A stretch of DNA of 64,000 nt from an uncultured Solirubrobacteraceae bacterium (GCA_963761355.1 CAVXHC010000016.1:2482-66481), one strand, 5' to 3'; positions 18,424 through 28,370 are shown, numbered from the stretch's first letter. Notes: a model not told the origin generated them from the letters alone. Translations and numbers: made by a program.

Positions 18424-20991
18424 TCATCTCCGTCTTGTCTGTTTCTCAAATGCTTGAAGCTTGGCGAGGTCCGCCGCAAGCTCTGCGCGTCCGGGCAGGC
18501 TCGTACCAGAGCCGGGCGGAGCGTCGTGGATGAAGGCGGAGCAGCGGGCCATGCCGGCCGTGATCTGCTCGACGAGTTCGGGTGTCACCGTGACGTCCTC
18601 GAGCGCGAGCGTCTTGACCTGGCGCTGGAACCGCTGGACAACTCCTCGGAAAAGCCGCTCCTCTACCGCCCGCTCCCACGTCTTGCGCGCCTGCTCATAG
18701 AAGTTACACACACGGCGCCAGGCCTCATCGAGGTCTGCTGGTGGCTCCTGCTTGTCCCACTCCGCGACCTGCTGGTCGAGGACGCTCACCCGTTGGCGCA
18801 GCTTCAGAGTGGTGAACGGCGGATGGTCGTCGACGCGTCCGACTTCGTTGCCCATTCGCCAGACGCCCTGGACCGATGGCACGATCCCGTTGGCCTCGGC
18901 TTGGTCCGTGAGATCGAGCAGGAAGGGAAGGTCGTGTGTGAACACGATCACCTGACGGTGCTTCGCCTCAGCGACGAGGCGCTCGGCGATATATGCGCGC
19001 CGCGTGTCGTCCAGAGACGACACCGGATCGTCGACGATGATCCCCCCATCCTCCTCGAACATGCCGACCTCCGCGAGGAAGAACGCGAGCGAGAGCGCGC
19101 GCTGCTCCCCCTCGGAGAGGATCTCGGAGACCTGGGGTGCTCCGTGTGCACCCGCCAGACGCAGCCGCACCTGCGTCTTCCCGACGGTCGCATGGGGTTC
19201 TAGGTCAACCGCCAGGTGCTCGCAGTGCAGCCTGCGCACCTCTCCGCGCAGCTCGGCGGCGAGCGTCTCGCTGACCAGCGCTTCTGCGAGCTGGCGCTGT
19301 AGGGAGGTGATGCGGTTGGTGGCAAGGGCGCTATGCGCGTTGCGCAGTGCCGCGATGCGCCGAAGAACGCCGACCCAAGCATCTATCTCCTCAATTCGGG
19401 CCTGCAGCTTCTCCCGTGCGTCGAGCTCACCTAGCTCCACGCGCAGCTCCGCCTCGTGCTTAGGGTCCTGCGCCGCCAGCAACGCTTGAGCGTGCTCGCC
19501 TCGCGCCTTGGCCCATGTCTCGAGACGCTCCGCAGGGTCGTCCAGCAGCGGCGGGAGCTGCGCGCCAGTAGGGTCGCTTCGAAGGTCATTCATACGACGG
19601 CTGACTCCGTCGAGATACCGCCCGACGGAACCTGCCAGCTCCGCGTCTCGCTGTTGAAGGGCCTGCAGGAATTCGGTACGGCAGGCGCGGACGTGCCGGT
19701 CGTCGATCGTGTCCAGTGCCTCGCTGAACGCCTGGCGCGCTCGCGTCGCCTGCTGATTGATTGCGCTCTGCACATGCTTCTGCAAGTGCGCCATTCGTGC
19801 GGCCGCGTCAGCGTCGAGCTGTTGTAGACAGAGTGGGCAGTGGTCGCTCGCACGCGGTGGAAACGTCTCCTGGTCTTGTTCGCTGAACTCGCGTGCGGCG
19901 CGCCACAACCGCTCCCACGGCTCGCTGCCAACGCTGGCGACTGGCAGCGCAGCGAACTCAGCGGTGGCGAGCTCGACGGCCGCCTTGGCCTCGGCGTCGT
20001 CGGTTGCCCTGCTGCGAAGCGTCTCGATCGCTGGCTCGGCCACGCGCGCTGCGAGGTCGCGCAGCTTCTGTGCGAGCGCGAGCGCTTGCGTGGCGTCGCT
20101 TTCTGCGGCCTGCGCGTCGGCGCGTGCCGTCTTCGCTTCGGCGGCGGCGACCACCGCTCGCAGCGCGATCAGGCGTGTCCGCTCAGTCTGCTCCAGCGCG
20201 GCGAAATGTGCCAGCTCCTCAAGATCAGTCCCCGCTGAGAGGCCCTCTATGCGAGCCTTCGCACGCGTGGAGTTAGTCAGCTCGCTGAAAACGGGACATC
20301 CGCCTTCAAGCGCCGCGATCTGCGTCGTGATGTCGTGACGCATGCGGTCCTGGGTGGAGGCAAGACGAGTGAGGACGAGCAGGGCCGACGGCACGTAGGC
20401 GACGGCGTTTTCAGCGTCGACGTACAGCTCGGCGCAGCGGGCATCGAACACGGAGATGGCCTGCAGGCCGAGGTCAGCAGGCTCATTGAGGTTGACCTGT
20501 TGAGCGTGTCGCTCCCCACGGACGAGCAGCTCGACCTTCGCGCTGGGAGGCTCACCCGCCGGCGGACCCGAAAACACGTTGCCCTGCACCTCGGCGTCGC
20601 GATCGACGGTCCGGCAGACCCGCTTGAGGCCCCGTACGTATGTGGTCTTGCCGACGGCGTTCGGTCCGTAGATGAGCGTCAGCCCATTCGGCTCGAACGT
20701 CAGTTCCTGGTTCGCGGCAACGGCCCCGACGCCGCGCATACTGCCGAACCCGACCAACCGCGGGGGCTCCCCCGAGGAGGTCCCTGTGGGCAGGTCGTCG
20801 AGTGCGATCGCCTGCGGCGCTGGCGCCGACTCGCCCTCGGCGAGCGCACTGAACGCCCGCTGCACCATGCACAGGGCGTTGTCGTACTCGTCGCCCACGA
20901 GCTGCGTGTGGGCGACAAGGCGTCGCGCCAGATCCTGTTGCCACAGCGGCTGGGCCGTCAGCCACGTGTAGAGCTCGTCTTGAACGGCCAT
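18424..20991 (-). CDS. SMC/Rad50-type ABC ATPase with zinc hook and putative C-terminal HEPN (RloC-like)
   Basis: GPNAVGKT, CPLC, LSEGEQ, VDDPVSSLD and FTHD motifs, plus ~170 extra residues with RKTWERAVEE and RCSAFIHD. Confidence 0.8.
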   Translation of the reverse strand: MAVQDELYTWLTAQPLWQQDLARRLVAHTQLVGDEYDNALCMVQRAFSALAEGESAPAPQAIALDDLPTGTSSGEPPRLVGFGSMRGVGAVAANQELTFEPNGLTLIYGPNAVGKTTYVRGLKRVCRTVDRDAEVQGNVFSGPPAGEPPSAKVELLVRGERHAQQVNLNEPADLGLQAISVFDARCAELYVDAENAVAYVPSALLVLTRLASTQDRMRHDITTQIAALEGGCPVFSELTNSTRAKARIEGLSAGTDLEELAHFAALEQTERTRLIALRAVVAAAEAKTARADAQAAESDATQALALAQKLRDLAARVAEPAIETLRSRATDDAEAKAAVELATAEFAALPVASVGSEPWERLWRAAREFSEQDQETFPPRASDHCPLCLQQLDADAAARMAHLQKHVQSAINQQATRARQAFSEALDTIDDRHVRACRTEFLQALQQRDAELAGSVGRYLDGVSRRMNDLRSDPTGAQLPPLLDDPAERLETWAKARGEHAQALLAAQDPKHEAELRVELGELDAREKLQARIEEIDAWVGVLRRIAALRNAHSALATNRITSLQRQLAEALVSETLAAELRGEVRRLHCEHLAVDLEPHATVGKTQVRLRLAGAHGAPQVSEILSEGEQRALSLAFFLAEVGMFEEDGGIIVDDPVSSLDDTRRAYIAERLVAEAKHRQVIVFTHDLPFLLDLTDQAEANGIVPSVQGVWRMGNEVGRVDDHPPFTTLKLRQRVSVLDQQVAEWDKQEPPADLDEAWRRVCNFYEQARKTWERAVEERLFRGVVQRFQRQVKTLALEDVTVTPELVEQITAGMARCSAFIHDAPPGSGTSLPGRAELAADLAKLQAFEKQTRRR

Positions 20992-21083
20992 GTCGAGCAA
21001 TGGTGACGCACGGGACGACGTGAGCGCCCGCGCCGCCGACTCAAGCCATAGCACCATCCCAAGCGCCTGGTACACCAGACGAC

Positions 21084-21452
21084 GTGTCCCCCCATGTCGT
21101 CCCGCTCGCCTCCTCCGGCCCGCTCGCGGGCGTGATCGGCGTGCTCGGCTTTCTCGCGGTGGTCGCGTGGGTCGGCTGGCGCTTCGGACCGACGCTGACC
21201 CGCGTCACCGGCTGGTGCTCGTGGTGGGTAGCATGGGCGTGTGGTAGCCAAGGAGGCTATGGCTACTGTGCTGCGTTCCTCGTCCTCGGGACGCTGGCAT
21301 GGGGAGGCGGGACGGTCTGGTATGCCAGGCGTCGCGGGCGCTGGCCGTCGGCACTCTCGGCGAGGCTGTTCGCGCGTCTGCTCGGTAAGCGCAACCCGGT
21401 CACCTACGTCGCGCTCCCCGCCACCGTCATCGTTCAACGCCACCGTCGATAG
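21084..21452 (+). CDS. hypothetical membrane protein
   Basis: Several hydrophobic Trp/Gly-rich helices and a basic tail. Confidence 0.55.
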   Translation: MSPHVVPLASSGPLAGVIGVLGFLAVVAWVGWRFGPTLTRVTGWCSWWVAWACGSQGGYGYCAAFLVLGTLAWGGGTVWYARRRGRWPSALSARLFARLLGKRNPVTYVALPATVIVQRHRR

Positions 21453-21550
21453 CGCCTAGCAACACTCGAGCGCAGCGACTCTCGCCGCGCGCGCGCCATG
21501 CACCTACCGGCGCACCAGCATCCATGTCTCAGCCGTCCTGGCCGTCCGCG

Positions 21551-21640
21551 AAGGCATCCCTGCCGCTCAGCGTCGCTGCGCTCCGCTTCGCTTCGCAGCA
21601 AGGCATCCCTGCCGCTCAGCGTCGCTGCGCTCCGCTTCGC
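21551..21640. repeat. 41-bp perfect tandem direct repeat (period 49)
   Basis: aaggcatccctgccgctcagcgtcgctgcgctccgcttcgc at 21551 and 21600. Confidence 0.9.
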
Positions 21641-21843
21641 AGCACACAGTTGCACCGCGGTGCAGAGCCGCTCTGTTCTGCCCGGGCGCGGACCAGGCGA
21701 GCGTATGGTCTGTAAGGGATTCATGGCTGCTGAGTGGCGAGTCAGCAGCCCGCCTCTGCGACGCCTTCGATGAGTGTGGCGGAAACGTCGATGGGGTGGC
21801 GCGGGAGTGGCGTTCAGCGGCTGGGCGGGCTAACGTATTGAGC

Positions 21844-22074
21844 ATGAGCGGAACGCTGCGTTTGACGATCGTCTATGAGGATGGCGGGGATGGCTGGATC
21901 GTCGCGTCGATCCCGGAGGTCCCCGGCGCACACAGCCAGGGCCACACCCGCGAGGAGGCTCGCGAGAACGTGATCGACGCGCTACAAGGCATCCTCGAGC
22001 TGCGCTTCGGTGAGCACGCGCTCACAGAGCCCGCTTCTGACAGCGAGCCGTTGCAGCTGACGATCGCCGCGTGA
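21844..22074 (+). CDS. hicB: HicB-family antitoxin
   Basis: WIVASIPEVPGAHSQGHTREEARENVIDAL; TAACGT 7 nt before the ATG. Confidence 0.9.
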   Translation: MSGTLRLTIVYEDGGDGWIVASIPEVPGAHSQGHTREEARENVIDALQGILELRFGEHALTEPASDSEPLQLTIAA

Positions 22075-22310
22075 AGCGCCGCGACCTCGAACGCCACTTG
22101 CGCGAGCACGGCGCCAGGCCGCTGCGCGAGGGTGGACGTCACAGTTACTGGGGCTTTGACCCGGAGCGCTCCACCGCCCTGCCTCGCCACCGCGAGATCG
22201 GCTGGCATCTCGCGCGCCAGATCTGCAAACAGCTCGGTCCCGCCACCCACCGGGCCACGCTAAGAGAACAGCGGCATGCCGCTCTGGACCCCGCACCTAC
22301 GGGCGCGTGA
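22071..22310 (+). CDS. hicA: HicA-family mRNA interferase toxin (tail possibly frameshifted)
   Basis: KRRDLERHL...EGGRH...LPRHREI...ICKQLG; GTGA overlap with hicB. Confidence 0.85.
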   Translation: MKRRDLERHLREHGARPLREGGRHSYWGFDPERSTALPRHREIGWHLARQICKQLGPATHRATLREQRHAALDPAPTGA

Positions 22311-22424
22311 TCCGCAGGGACGAGGGCACCCCGCCTATCGACCTCGCTGAGCAGCTGCAGACAGCTAAGGTTCAGGCCATATCGCTGCTTTCAGTCCCGC
22401 CTTCGACCTCCGCGCCAGCGCAGG

Positions 22425-22448
22425 GCGGGCCCATAGGTGGGCCCACGG
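22425..22448. repeat. putative arm-type site of island 1 (right)
   Basis: gcgggcccatag-gtgggcccacgg; same motif as 9524-9546. Confidence 0.65.
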
Positions 22449-22498
22449 TTGCCTGTTGCCCGTGAAGAGTCGAGAAAGGGCCGCTTAGCAGGGCATAC

Positions 22499-22571
22499 GC
22501 CGACGTAGCTCAGCTGGTAGAGCACTTCACTCGTAATGAAGGGGTCCGGGGTTCGAGTCCCCGCGTCGGCT
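22499..22571 (+). tRNA. tRNA-Thr(CGT)
   Basis: Full cloverleaf: GCCGACG/CGTCGGC acceptor, CTTCA-CTCGTAA-TGAAG anticodon arm, CGGGG-TTCGAGT-CCCCG T arm. Confidence 0.97.
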
Positions 22572-22633
22572 CTGGAAAGGCCCAGCAAATCGAGATTTTT
22601 GGCCTTGGGCGTTTTCGCGCCAGGTTTCGAATA

Positions 22634-22674
22634 TGTCCCGAATATGTCCCAAGATGGCGGTAGCTTCGGGACAT
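22634..22674. repeat. integrase arm-type sites, left (TGTCCCGAA, TGTCCCAAG and one inverted copy over the int ATG)
   Basis: atatgtcccgaatatgtcccaag...ttcgggacATG. Confidence 0.75.
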
Positions 22675-23875
22675 GGCCGCACCAGCCCGGCTCCCTCAGA
22701 GCGCCCCCTCAGGGCACGTCTTCCGGGTCGTGCGACAGCGCGGTCCGGTCTGGTATGCGAAGTACCGGCTGCCGGACGGCCGGCAGGTCCAGCGCAAGAT
22801 CGGTCCGGCCTGGTCGGCGCGCACGCGGCCTCCGTCGGGCTACTTCACCAAGCGTCAGGCCGAGGAGTGGCTGCGCGACACCCTGGAGCAGGCGCGGCGG
22901 GGCACGCTGCCCGGCCTCGTTCGCACGGGCGCCACGGTGGCGGACGCGGCGGCCGAGTACCTGCGCTACATCGAGCAGGACCGCGAACGCAAGCCCTCTA
23001 CCGTGGAGGGCTACCGCTGGATCATCGACGCTCAGATCCTGCCTGCGTTCGGAGGCATGGCTCTCGAGCAGGTGACGAGCGAGCACGTCGAGCACTGGCT
23101 GTCCGGGATGGGGCGCAAGGCGAGTACGCGGAGCAAGGCGCTGGTGTTGCTCCGCGGGATCTTCCAGCGCGCGCGCAAGGTGTACGGGCTCACCACCAAC
23201 CCGGCGAGTGACGTCGAGCGCCCGTCGCTGAGCCGCAGCGGTGACATCGAGGTGTTCTCTCCGGAGGAAGTGTGGGCGCTCGCGCGGGCGGCGAGCTCAG
23301 AGCAGGACGCGGCGATCTTCCTGACGGCGGCGTTCACGGGTTTGCGGGCCGGCGAACTGCTTGCGCTGCGCTGGCGCGACGTCGACTTCGCCGGCTCTCT
23401 CGTGCGCGTGAGGGCGAGCTATGCGGGAGGGTCGCTGACGACACCCAAGTCCGGCAAGGTCCGCTCGGTGCCGCTGGCGCCGGAAGTCGCGACAGCGCTT
23501 GCGAAGCTCTCCCAGCGCGAGCCGTTCACCGGCGATGACGAGCTGGTGTTCGCAGGCGCGGCCGGCTCGTTCCTCGACGGCTCGGCGCTGCGTCGCCGCT
23601 ACAAGGCCGCGTTGCAGCGGGCCAAGCTGCGACCGCTGCGCTTCCACGATCTGCGCCACACCTTCGGCACGCGCATGATCGCCAAGGCGGACATCCGCCG
23701 AGTGCAGGAGTGGATGGGCCACGCCGACATCCAGACGACGATGCGCTACCTGCACTATGCGCCCCGCGCGGAGGACGCGCGGCTTGTGGCGGAGGCGTTT
23801 CAGGTTGAGGCTGCCGAACCGTCTGGGAAGCAGAGCGCCGGCGACACGGCGAGCGCGCTTGAGGCCCCGGAGTAA
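22673..23875 (+). CDS. tyrosine recombinase/integrase
   Basis: TGLRAGEL, TPKSGK, FHDLRHT and MGHADIQTTMRYLH catalytic motifs; N-terminal arm-binding region. Confidence 0.97.
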   Translation: MAAPARLPQSAPSGHVFRVVRQRGPVWYAKYRLPDGRQVQRKIGPAWSARTRPPSGYFTKRQAEEWLRDTLEQARRGTLPGLVRTGATVADAAAEYLRYIEQDRERKPSTVEGYRWIIDAQILPAFGGMALEQVTSEHVEHWLSGMGRKASTRSKALVLLRGIFQRARKVYGLTTNPASDVERPSLSRSGDIEVFSPEEVWALARAASSEQDAAIFLTAAFTGLRAGELLALRWRDVDFAGSLVRVRASYAGGSLTTPKSGKVRSVPLAPEVATALAKLSQREPFTGDDELVFAGAAGSFLDGSALRRRYKAALQRAKLRPLRFHDLRHTFGTRMIAKADIRRVQEWMGHADIQTTMRYLHYAPRAEDARLVAEAFQVEAAEPSGKQSAGDTASALEAPE

Positions 23876-24138
23876 TGCCGCGGATCAGCTACTTCTATGG
23901 GATCAAGATTGCGATGTACTTGAACGAGCGCGACCACCCGGTCCCACATTTCCACGCCGAGTACGGTGAGCACTTGGCGTCGATCGCGTTCGACGGGTCT
24001 TGGCCGGGCGGGACGCTCCCGCCGCGGGCGCTGAGAATGGTCCGGGAGTGGGCCCGCCTCCACCACGACGAGCTGCTTGCCGATTGGGAACGAGCCCGAC
24101 GGCGGGAGTCGCTCGATCCGATCGAGCCGCTGCCCTAA
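23875..24138 (+). CDS. DUF4160-family toxin-like protein
   Basis: MPRISYFYGIKIAMY...HPVPHFHAEYG...LP. Confidence 0.9.
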   Translation: MPRISYFYGIKIAMYLNERDHPVPHFHAEYGEHLASIAFDGSWPGGTLPPRALRMVREWARLHHDELLADWERARRRESLDPIEPLP

Positions 24139-24148
24139 GATCGAGCGT

Positions 24149-24427
24149 ATGACGGACATTCCCTCACTGGTTCACGTCACTCGGGCAGAGGTCATCGGGG
24201 ACCACTCGGTGCGTCTCACGTTCGAGGATGGGACGATCGGCGACGTCACCTTCGACGAGAGCTACTGGACGGGCGTATTCGAGCCGCTGCGCGATCCACG
24301 GCGCTTCGCGAGGGTCTCGGTCGAAGGCGGCACGATCACATGGCCCGAGGACGGCCTGGACATGGCGCCGGAGCCGCTTTACGCCGAGGCTCGCGAGCGG
24401 CGCGTGTCAGCCGCCCCAACCCGATAG
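24149..24427 (+). CDS. DUF2442-family antitoxin-like protein
   Basis: VRLTFEDG...FEPLRDP...GTITWP..GLDMAPEPLY. Confidence 0.9.
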   Translation: MTDIPSLVHVTRAEVIGDHSVRLTFEDGTIGDVTFDESYWTGVFEPLRDPRRFARVSVEGGTITWPEDGLDMAPEPLYAEARERRVSAAPTR

Positions 24428-24838
24428 TCGGCGTGTAGCGGCGCATCCTGCGCCAGACTGTGATCGGGCAGCGAGACCCGGCCAAGGTGCGTCGCGGCCC
24501 GTCGCGAAGCTGTCGGGCGGCGCGCCAGGATTGCGACAACTCCGCGTCACGGTCCCGCGCCTGGTTTTGGCTCCGCAGAGCGCTTGGCCTGCTCCAGGAG
24601 GCCAAGCGGGCGAGTGCGGTCGGTCATCGACCACCCCCCTCTCAGCTTTGCTTTCGATGGTGGTGGTCCGGCTCACGCAGCCCTGACTCGGACGCTCGCT
24701 CGCTCGCGAGCGCAGCACTCCCCTTTGGCTCCAGTCCGCGGTCTCTGACATCGCCGGGTGGTGCCGTGCCGGAGGAGAAGCAGTGGTGCAGGCAACGTGC
24801 GCGTCCCTGACGAGGTCATCGATTATGGTCGAGACGTC

Positions 24839-25207
24839 ATGGTCGAAGAGTGCCGGACACCCGCCGAGGTATCACACCGCTTCGCGGAGGCGATCAACGT
24901 TGGCGACCTCGAGGGTGCCCTCGAGTGCTGGTCGCCCGCCGCCGTCATCGCTACGCCCGATGGCTCAGAGGTCCGAGGGCACCCCGCGCTGACCGAGCGC
25001 TTCAGTGGGCTCATCGCCGTCGGGGCGCAGCTGCAGATCTCCGTCTCGGACGAGGTCTGTACCGAGCTTGGAGCCACCGCAACCACCCGGATGACCATGA
25101 CTGTGCGTACAAAGGACAAAACGAGGGTGATCGAAGTCGCCGCAGTCGTTGCGTACGTACCCGGACCAAGTGGGTTGCAGATACTCATCGATCACCTCAA
25201 CACGTAG
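24839..25207 (+). CDS. SnoaL/DUF4440-like NTF2-fold protein
   Basis: FAEAINVGDLEGALECW...EVRGHPAL...ILIDH; start uncertain (24797 possible). Confidence 0.75.
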   Translation: MVEECRTPAEVSHRFAEAINVGDLEGALECWSPAAVIATPDGSEVRGHPALTERFSGLIAVGAQLQISVSDEVCTELGATATTRMTMTVRTKDKTRVIEVAAVVAYVPGPSGLQILIDHLNT

Positions 25208-25456
25208 TCCGCCTGAATCGCGGACTGCCCGCGGGGCCGGGGGGAGCTCGACGGCAGCCGATCGATCCTAGCTGCGAGCGGACCAGTCGAAATGGGCATA
25301 CGGCGACGCGCTAACACCAGAACTGGACGCGGGAATGTCCAGAACTGGGTGGCCGAGGCCACCGTGAGCGTAGACACTTACCGCGTGAGTAGCGTGACAA
25401 ATCAGCGTCTGGCACCGATGTGTGCCACGACGCTCTAGCGGCATGGAGGTGGCGTG

Positions 25457-26626
25457 ATGGGAGGGTTCAAGGCGCTACGGGGCGTAGGTATAGCCGCGTG
25501 TTTGGCTTGCGGTCTGCTCGCGAACGGTGCGATGGCCACGGGACTCAAGTTGTGCGTGCCCGAGAAGCACAACCAGGACATCATGACCCCGAAGGCCAAC
25601 GGGCTATGCGAAGCAAAATACACGTTGACTGAACTGGGAGCCGAAGGTCCGGCGGGCGAAAAAGGCGCGGCGGGCAAAACGGGAGCAACCGGCCGGACCG
25701 GGGCAACCGGACCGACCGGACCAGTCGGAAGCCAAGGCACAGCGGGCGAAAAGGGCGCAACCGGACCAAGCGGCGGAGCAGGCGCAACTGGTTCAGCAGG
25801 AGCAACCGGCGCGACAGGCGCAATCGGTGCACCAGGAGCAACCGGAGGAGCGGGAGTAACCGGCCCAGCAGGAGCGACAGGAGCAGTCGGTGTATCGGGA
25901 GCGACCGTAACAAGCGGCCTCACGTGTCTAATTAATGACGTTAGTAGCGGTACGCTCTGGACAACTCTACGCGCAGCCGTCAACGTCGCGAAAGACGGAG
26001 ACACGCTGGACGTGACGGGCATCTGCGAAGGTAGCGCGGTAATCCACTCCAACCGGTACCTGGTGATCCAGGGTTTGGGCTCGGCCGTCCTCAGCGGCGA
26101 TTCCACTGCCGGGCCGCTCTTGGAGGTCGAAAATAGTGCCTCGCTCACAGTCACCGGTATCACGCTCACCGGCGGCGGCACCAACACGTCATCCGAAGGT
26201 GGCGGGATTCAAAACGAGGGCGCACTTACACTCAATGACTCGACGGTCAAGGGCAATACGGGCGAGCTAGGTGGCGGGATCGGGAACGGCGGCACGCTGA
26301 CACTGAACAATTCGACCGTCAGCGGCAATACCGCCTTCCTCGGTGGAGGGATCAGCAACTCCGGGACGCTCATACTCGACGACTCGACCGTCAGTGGCAA
26401 TACGGCTGAAAAGGGTGGCGGGATCGACAACGGAGTGTTCGAAGGCATCGACGCTGCCTCACTCACGCTGAGCGGATCATCCTCGGTCACCAAAAATAAA
26501 GCGTCTATCGTTGGCAGCGGCGGCGGGATCTACAACCTGGAAAACGACGGAGCCAAAATCATCGAAGAACTCGGATGGAGCGGAACCGTGAGCGAAAACG
26601 AACCGGACAACAGAGTCAACGCGTAG
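25457..26626 (+). CDS. secreted collagen-like protein with right-handed beta-helix
   Basis: Signal peptide; 30 uninterrupted G-X-Y triplets; repeated GGGIxNxGTLTLxxSTVSGN. Confidence 0.9.
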   Translation: MGGFKALRGVGIAACLACGLLANGAMATGLKLCVPEKHNQDIMTPKANGLCEAKYTLTELGAEGPAGEKGAAGKTGATGRTGATGPTGPVGSQGTAGEKGATGPSGGAGATGSAGATGATGAIGAPGATGGAGVTGPAGATGAVGVSGATVTSGLTCLINDVSSGTLWTTLRAAVNVAKDGDTLDVTGICEGSAVIHSNRYLVIQGLGSAVLSGDSTAGPLLEVENSASLTVTGITLTGGGTNTSSEGGGIQNEGALTLNDSTVKGNTGELGGGIGNGGTLTLNNSTVSGNTAFLGGGISNSGTLILDDSTVSGNTAEKGGGIDNGVFEGIDAASLTLSGSSSVTKNKASIVGSGGGIYNLENDGAKIIEELGWSGTVSENEPDNRVNA

Positions 26627-26717
26627 CCTGAGCACACGCCCGGTCTTAGGATCGAATCTCTACGCGACGCAAGCCGACGTGGTGGTCTGTGCTCGGCGCG
26701 AGCCACCACTCGGTGAG

Positions 26718-26759
26718 CTAGTGAGTTCCGGGTACGCGGGTCGTGGACTCCTCAGACAT
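26718..26759 (-). pseudogene. 5' stub of a type-A SnoaL gene (MSEESTTRVPGTH*)
   Basis: First 21 nt match the 34871 gene start (ATG for GTG); same gtcctgGATACT promoter upstream. Confidence 0.7.
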
Positions 26760-26775
26760 CGTGCGGTGAAGTATC

Positions 26776-27000
26776 CAGGACCGCTTCGCGGCTAAAGCGA
26801 GCGTCCGCGCTCAGCCGAGCAGACGCCCCCTTCGGACGACCTACGAGCGTCTCGCCGGGCGCTGCCGAGACTGCTCCTTAGCCATGGCGAAGCAGGCGTC
26901 TAGGGGTCGTCGGCCAGCACTGTCGCGAATCGTCCCAAGCGAGCGTCGGCGCGGTCCCTGCTCGGACGCTTGCTCGTCCCGCGAAAGCAGTAGCGCGGGT
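26776..27000. repeat. array of palindromic repeat sites
   Basis: cgcttcgcggctaaagcgagcgtc; ttagccatggcgaagcaggcgtc; tcgtcccaagcgagcgtc; cccgcgaaagcagtagc. Confidence 0.8.
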
Positions 27001-27288
27001 CTTTTGCGTGAAGTCTTTGCGTCGGTGAGTGCCGTACCTACCGGGCGACGATGAGCGCGTCAATTGCGCTTACCGCGACAGTAAGAGTAGTCATCGGTTT
27101 GCACGCCCCGCTGTTCTCGTGCGCAAGTATGGAACGAAGCGCAGGGCGCGCTTGCGCGCCAGCCGCAGTGTGGCAGGTCTGCCCGGTGCATGCCTGGAAT
27201 TCATCGAGTACCGGCACGACGGGCCCGTGCGTCCCACGGGCCCGCCTTCAGGTCGGTGTCCCAGCGTTGCCGCGTCCTTTAGAAGCGG

Positions 27289-28311
27289 CTACGCGCTAGC
27301 GAACTCGCGCTCCGAGGCATCGATGACACCAGCCCGGTTCTTGTGTGAACACTCGTAGGAGCGCACGCGCTTGGCACGCTCCTCGTCGCCCTCATCGAGC
27401 ACAGAGCGGATCTCGTCCACGCTGAGCTCGTCATATCCCGGCCAAGGCTCGTCGCCGCGCAGGCTGGTGATCCGGCTGAGAATGGTCTTTCGGTTTTCGT
27501 TCTTTCGCTCGTAGGAGTCGATCTTCGCGAGGTCGACCTGCGAGAGATGTGTGAGCTTTTCGACAATCTCCGCAGCGGTGAGCTTCCTGTAACCGGTGAT
27601 TGCCAGGTCGCCTTCACTGGCCAGCACGCCCTTGACCTGACCCTCGGCCTGCGCCACCCCGGGTACCTTGCGTGCTTTGCGGGCGGTACGTTTTGCGCTC
27701 GATGTCGCGTCACGAGCAGTCTCCTTCACGCTCTCCGACGCCGAGCGGGCCGCGTCGGCAGCACCTGTCTTGCTGATGTCGTATGAAGGGTTCCCGCGGA
27801 TCTCCGAGCGCACCATGGCCTCGGTCAGCTTTGGGATCTCCCTCAAGATTCGGTCGAGCATCTTCTGCTCATCGGCCCGGATGGAGTCGGCGAGGGCCCG
27901 TGTGACCTTGTCGCCGACGGAGCTCGCCAGACGCTCGATCGCGGTGTAGGTGGCGATCTCCAACGCCTCGGTCGCACACGCGTCCTTGGCGTTCTTGAGG
28001 ACTTTCTCCTCTCCTCCCGTGCCGCGGAGGAGGTCGAGTGGTGTCTTCCCCAGGGCCAGTCCCTGCCCGACGACGCTCTGGACGAGCCCAACGCCGGCTT
28101 GTATCGGGCTGGTCCCCTGTCCGAGCTCGTCTAGACGGCGCTGCACGCGAGTCGCGTGCTCGCGCGTCTCGCGCAGGTGGGATTCGAGACCGTCGAGATA
28201 GCTCCCGCCCGGGGTCATCGCAATCTGCGACTGCAGCACGGTGACGAGTGACTGCTCCATAGCGTACGCCTCACTCAGGTACTGCACGATCTTCTGTTCA
28301 GCCTTGTCCAT
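27289..28311 (-). CDS. DUF892 ferritin-like protein with two C-terminal helical repeats
   Basis: YLSEAYAMEQ...HLRETREHA...EALEIATY...DEQKM; tail repeats GY(RK/DE)L...ERK/ECS..NR. Confidence 0.85.
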   Translation of the reverse strand: MDKAEQKIVQYLSEAYAMEQSLVTVLQSQIAMTPGGSYLDGLESHLRETREHATRVQRRLDELGQGTSPIQAGVGLVQSVVGQGLALGKTPLDLLRGTGGEEKVLKNAKDACATEALEIATYTAIERLASSVGDKVTRALADSIRADEQKMLDRILREIPKLTEAMVRSEIRGNPSYDISKTGAADAARSASESVKETARDATSSAKRTARKARKVPGVAQAEGQVKGVLASEGDLAITGYRKLTAAEIVEKLTHLSQVDLAKIDSYERKNENRKTILSRITSLRGDEPWPGYDELSVDEIRSVLDEGDEERAKRVRSYECSHKNRAGVIDASEREFASA

Positions 28312-28370
28312 TGGTCTCCAGCTTTCTGTAGTCAGTGTGTAGTGACGTGCACACGTGCACGAGCGCTCGG

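Larger units (their letters stand above)
9421..22536. mobile_element. integrative island 1 (duplicates tRNA 5' end; no integrase visible)
   Basis: Bounded by a 39-bp direct repeat of the tRNA 5' half; paired arm-like repeats near both ends; accessory cargo. Confidence 0.8.
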
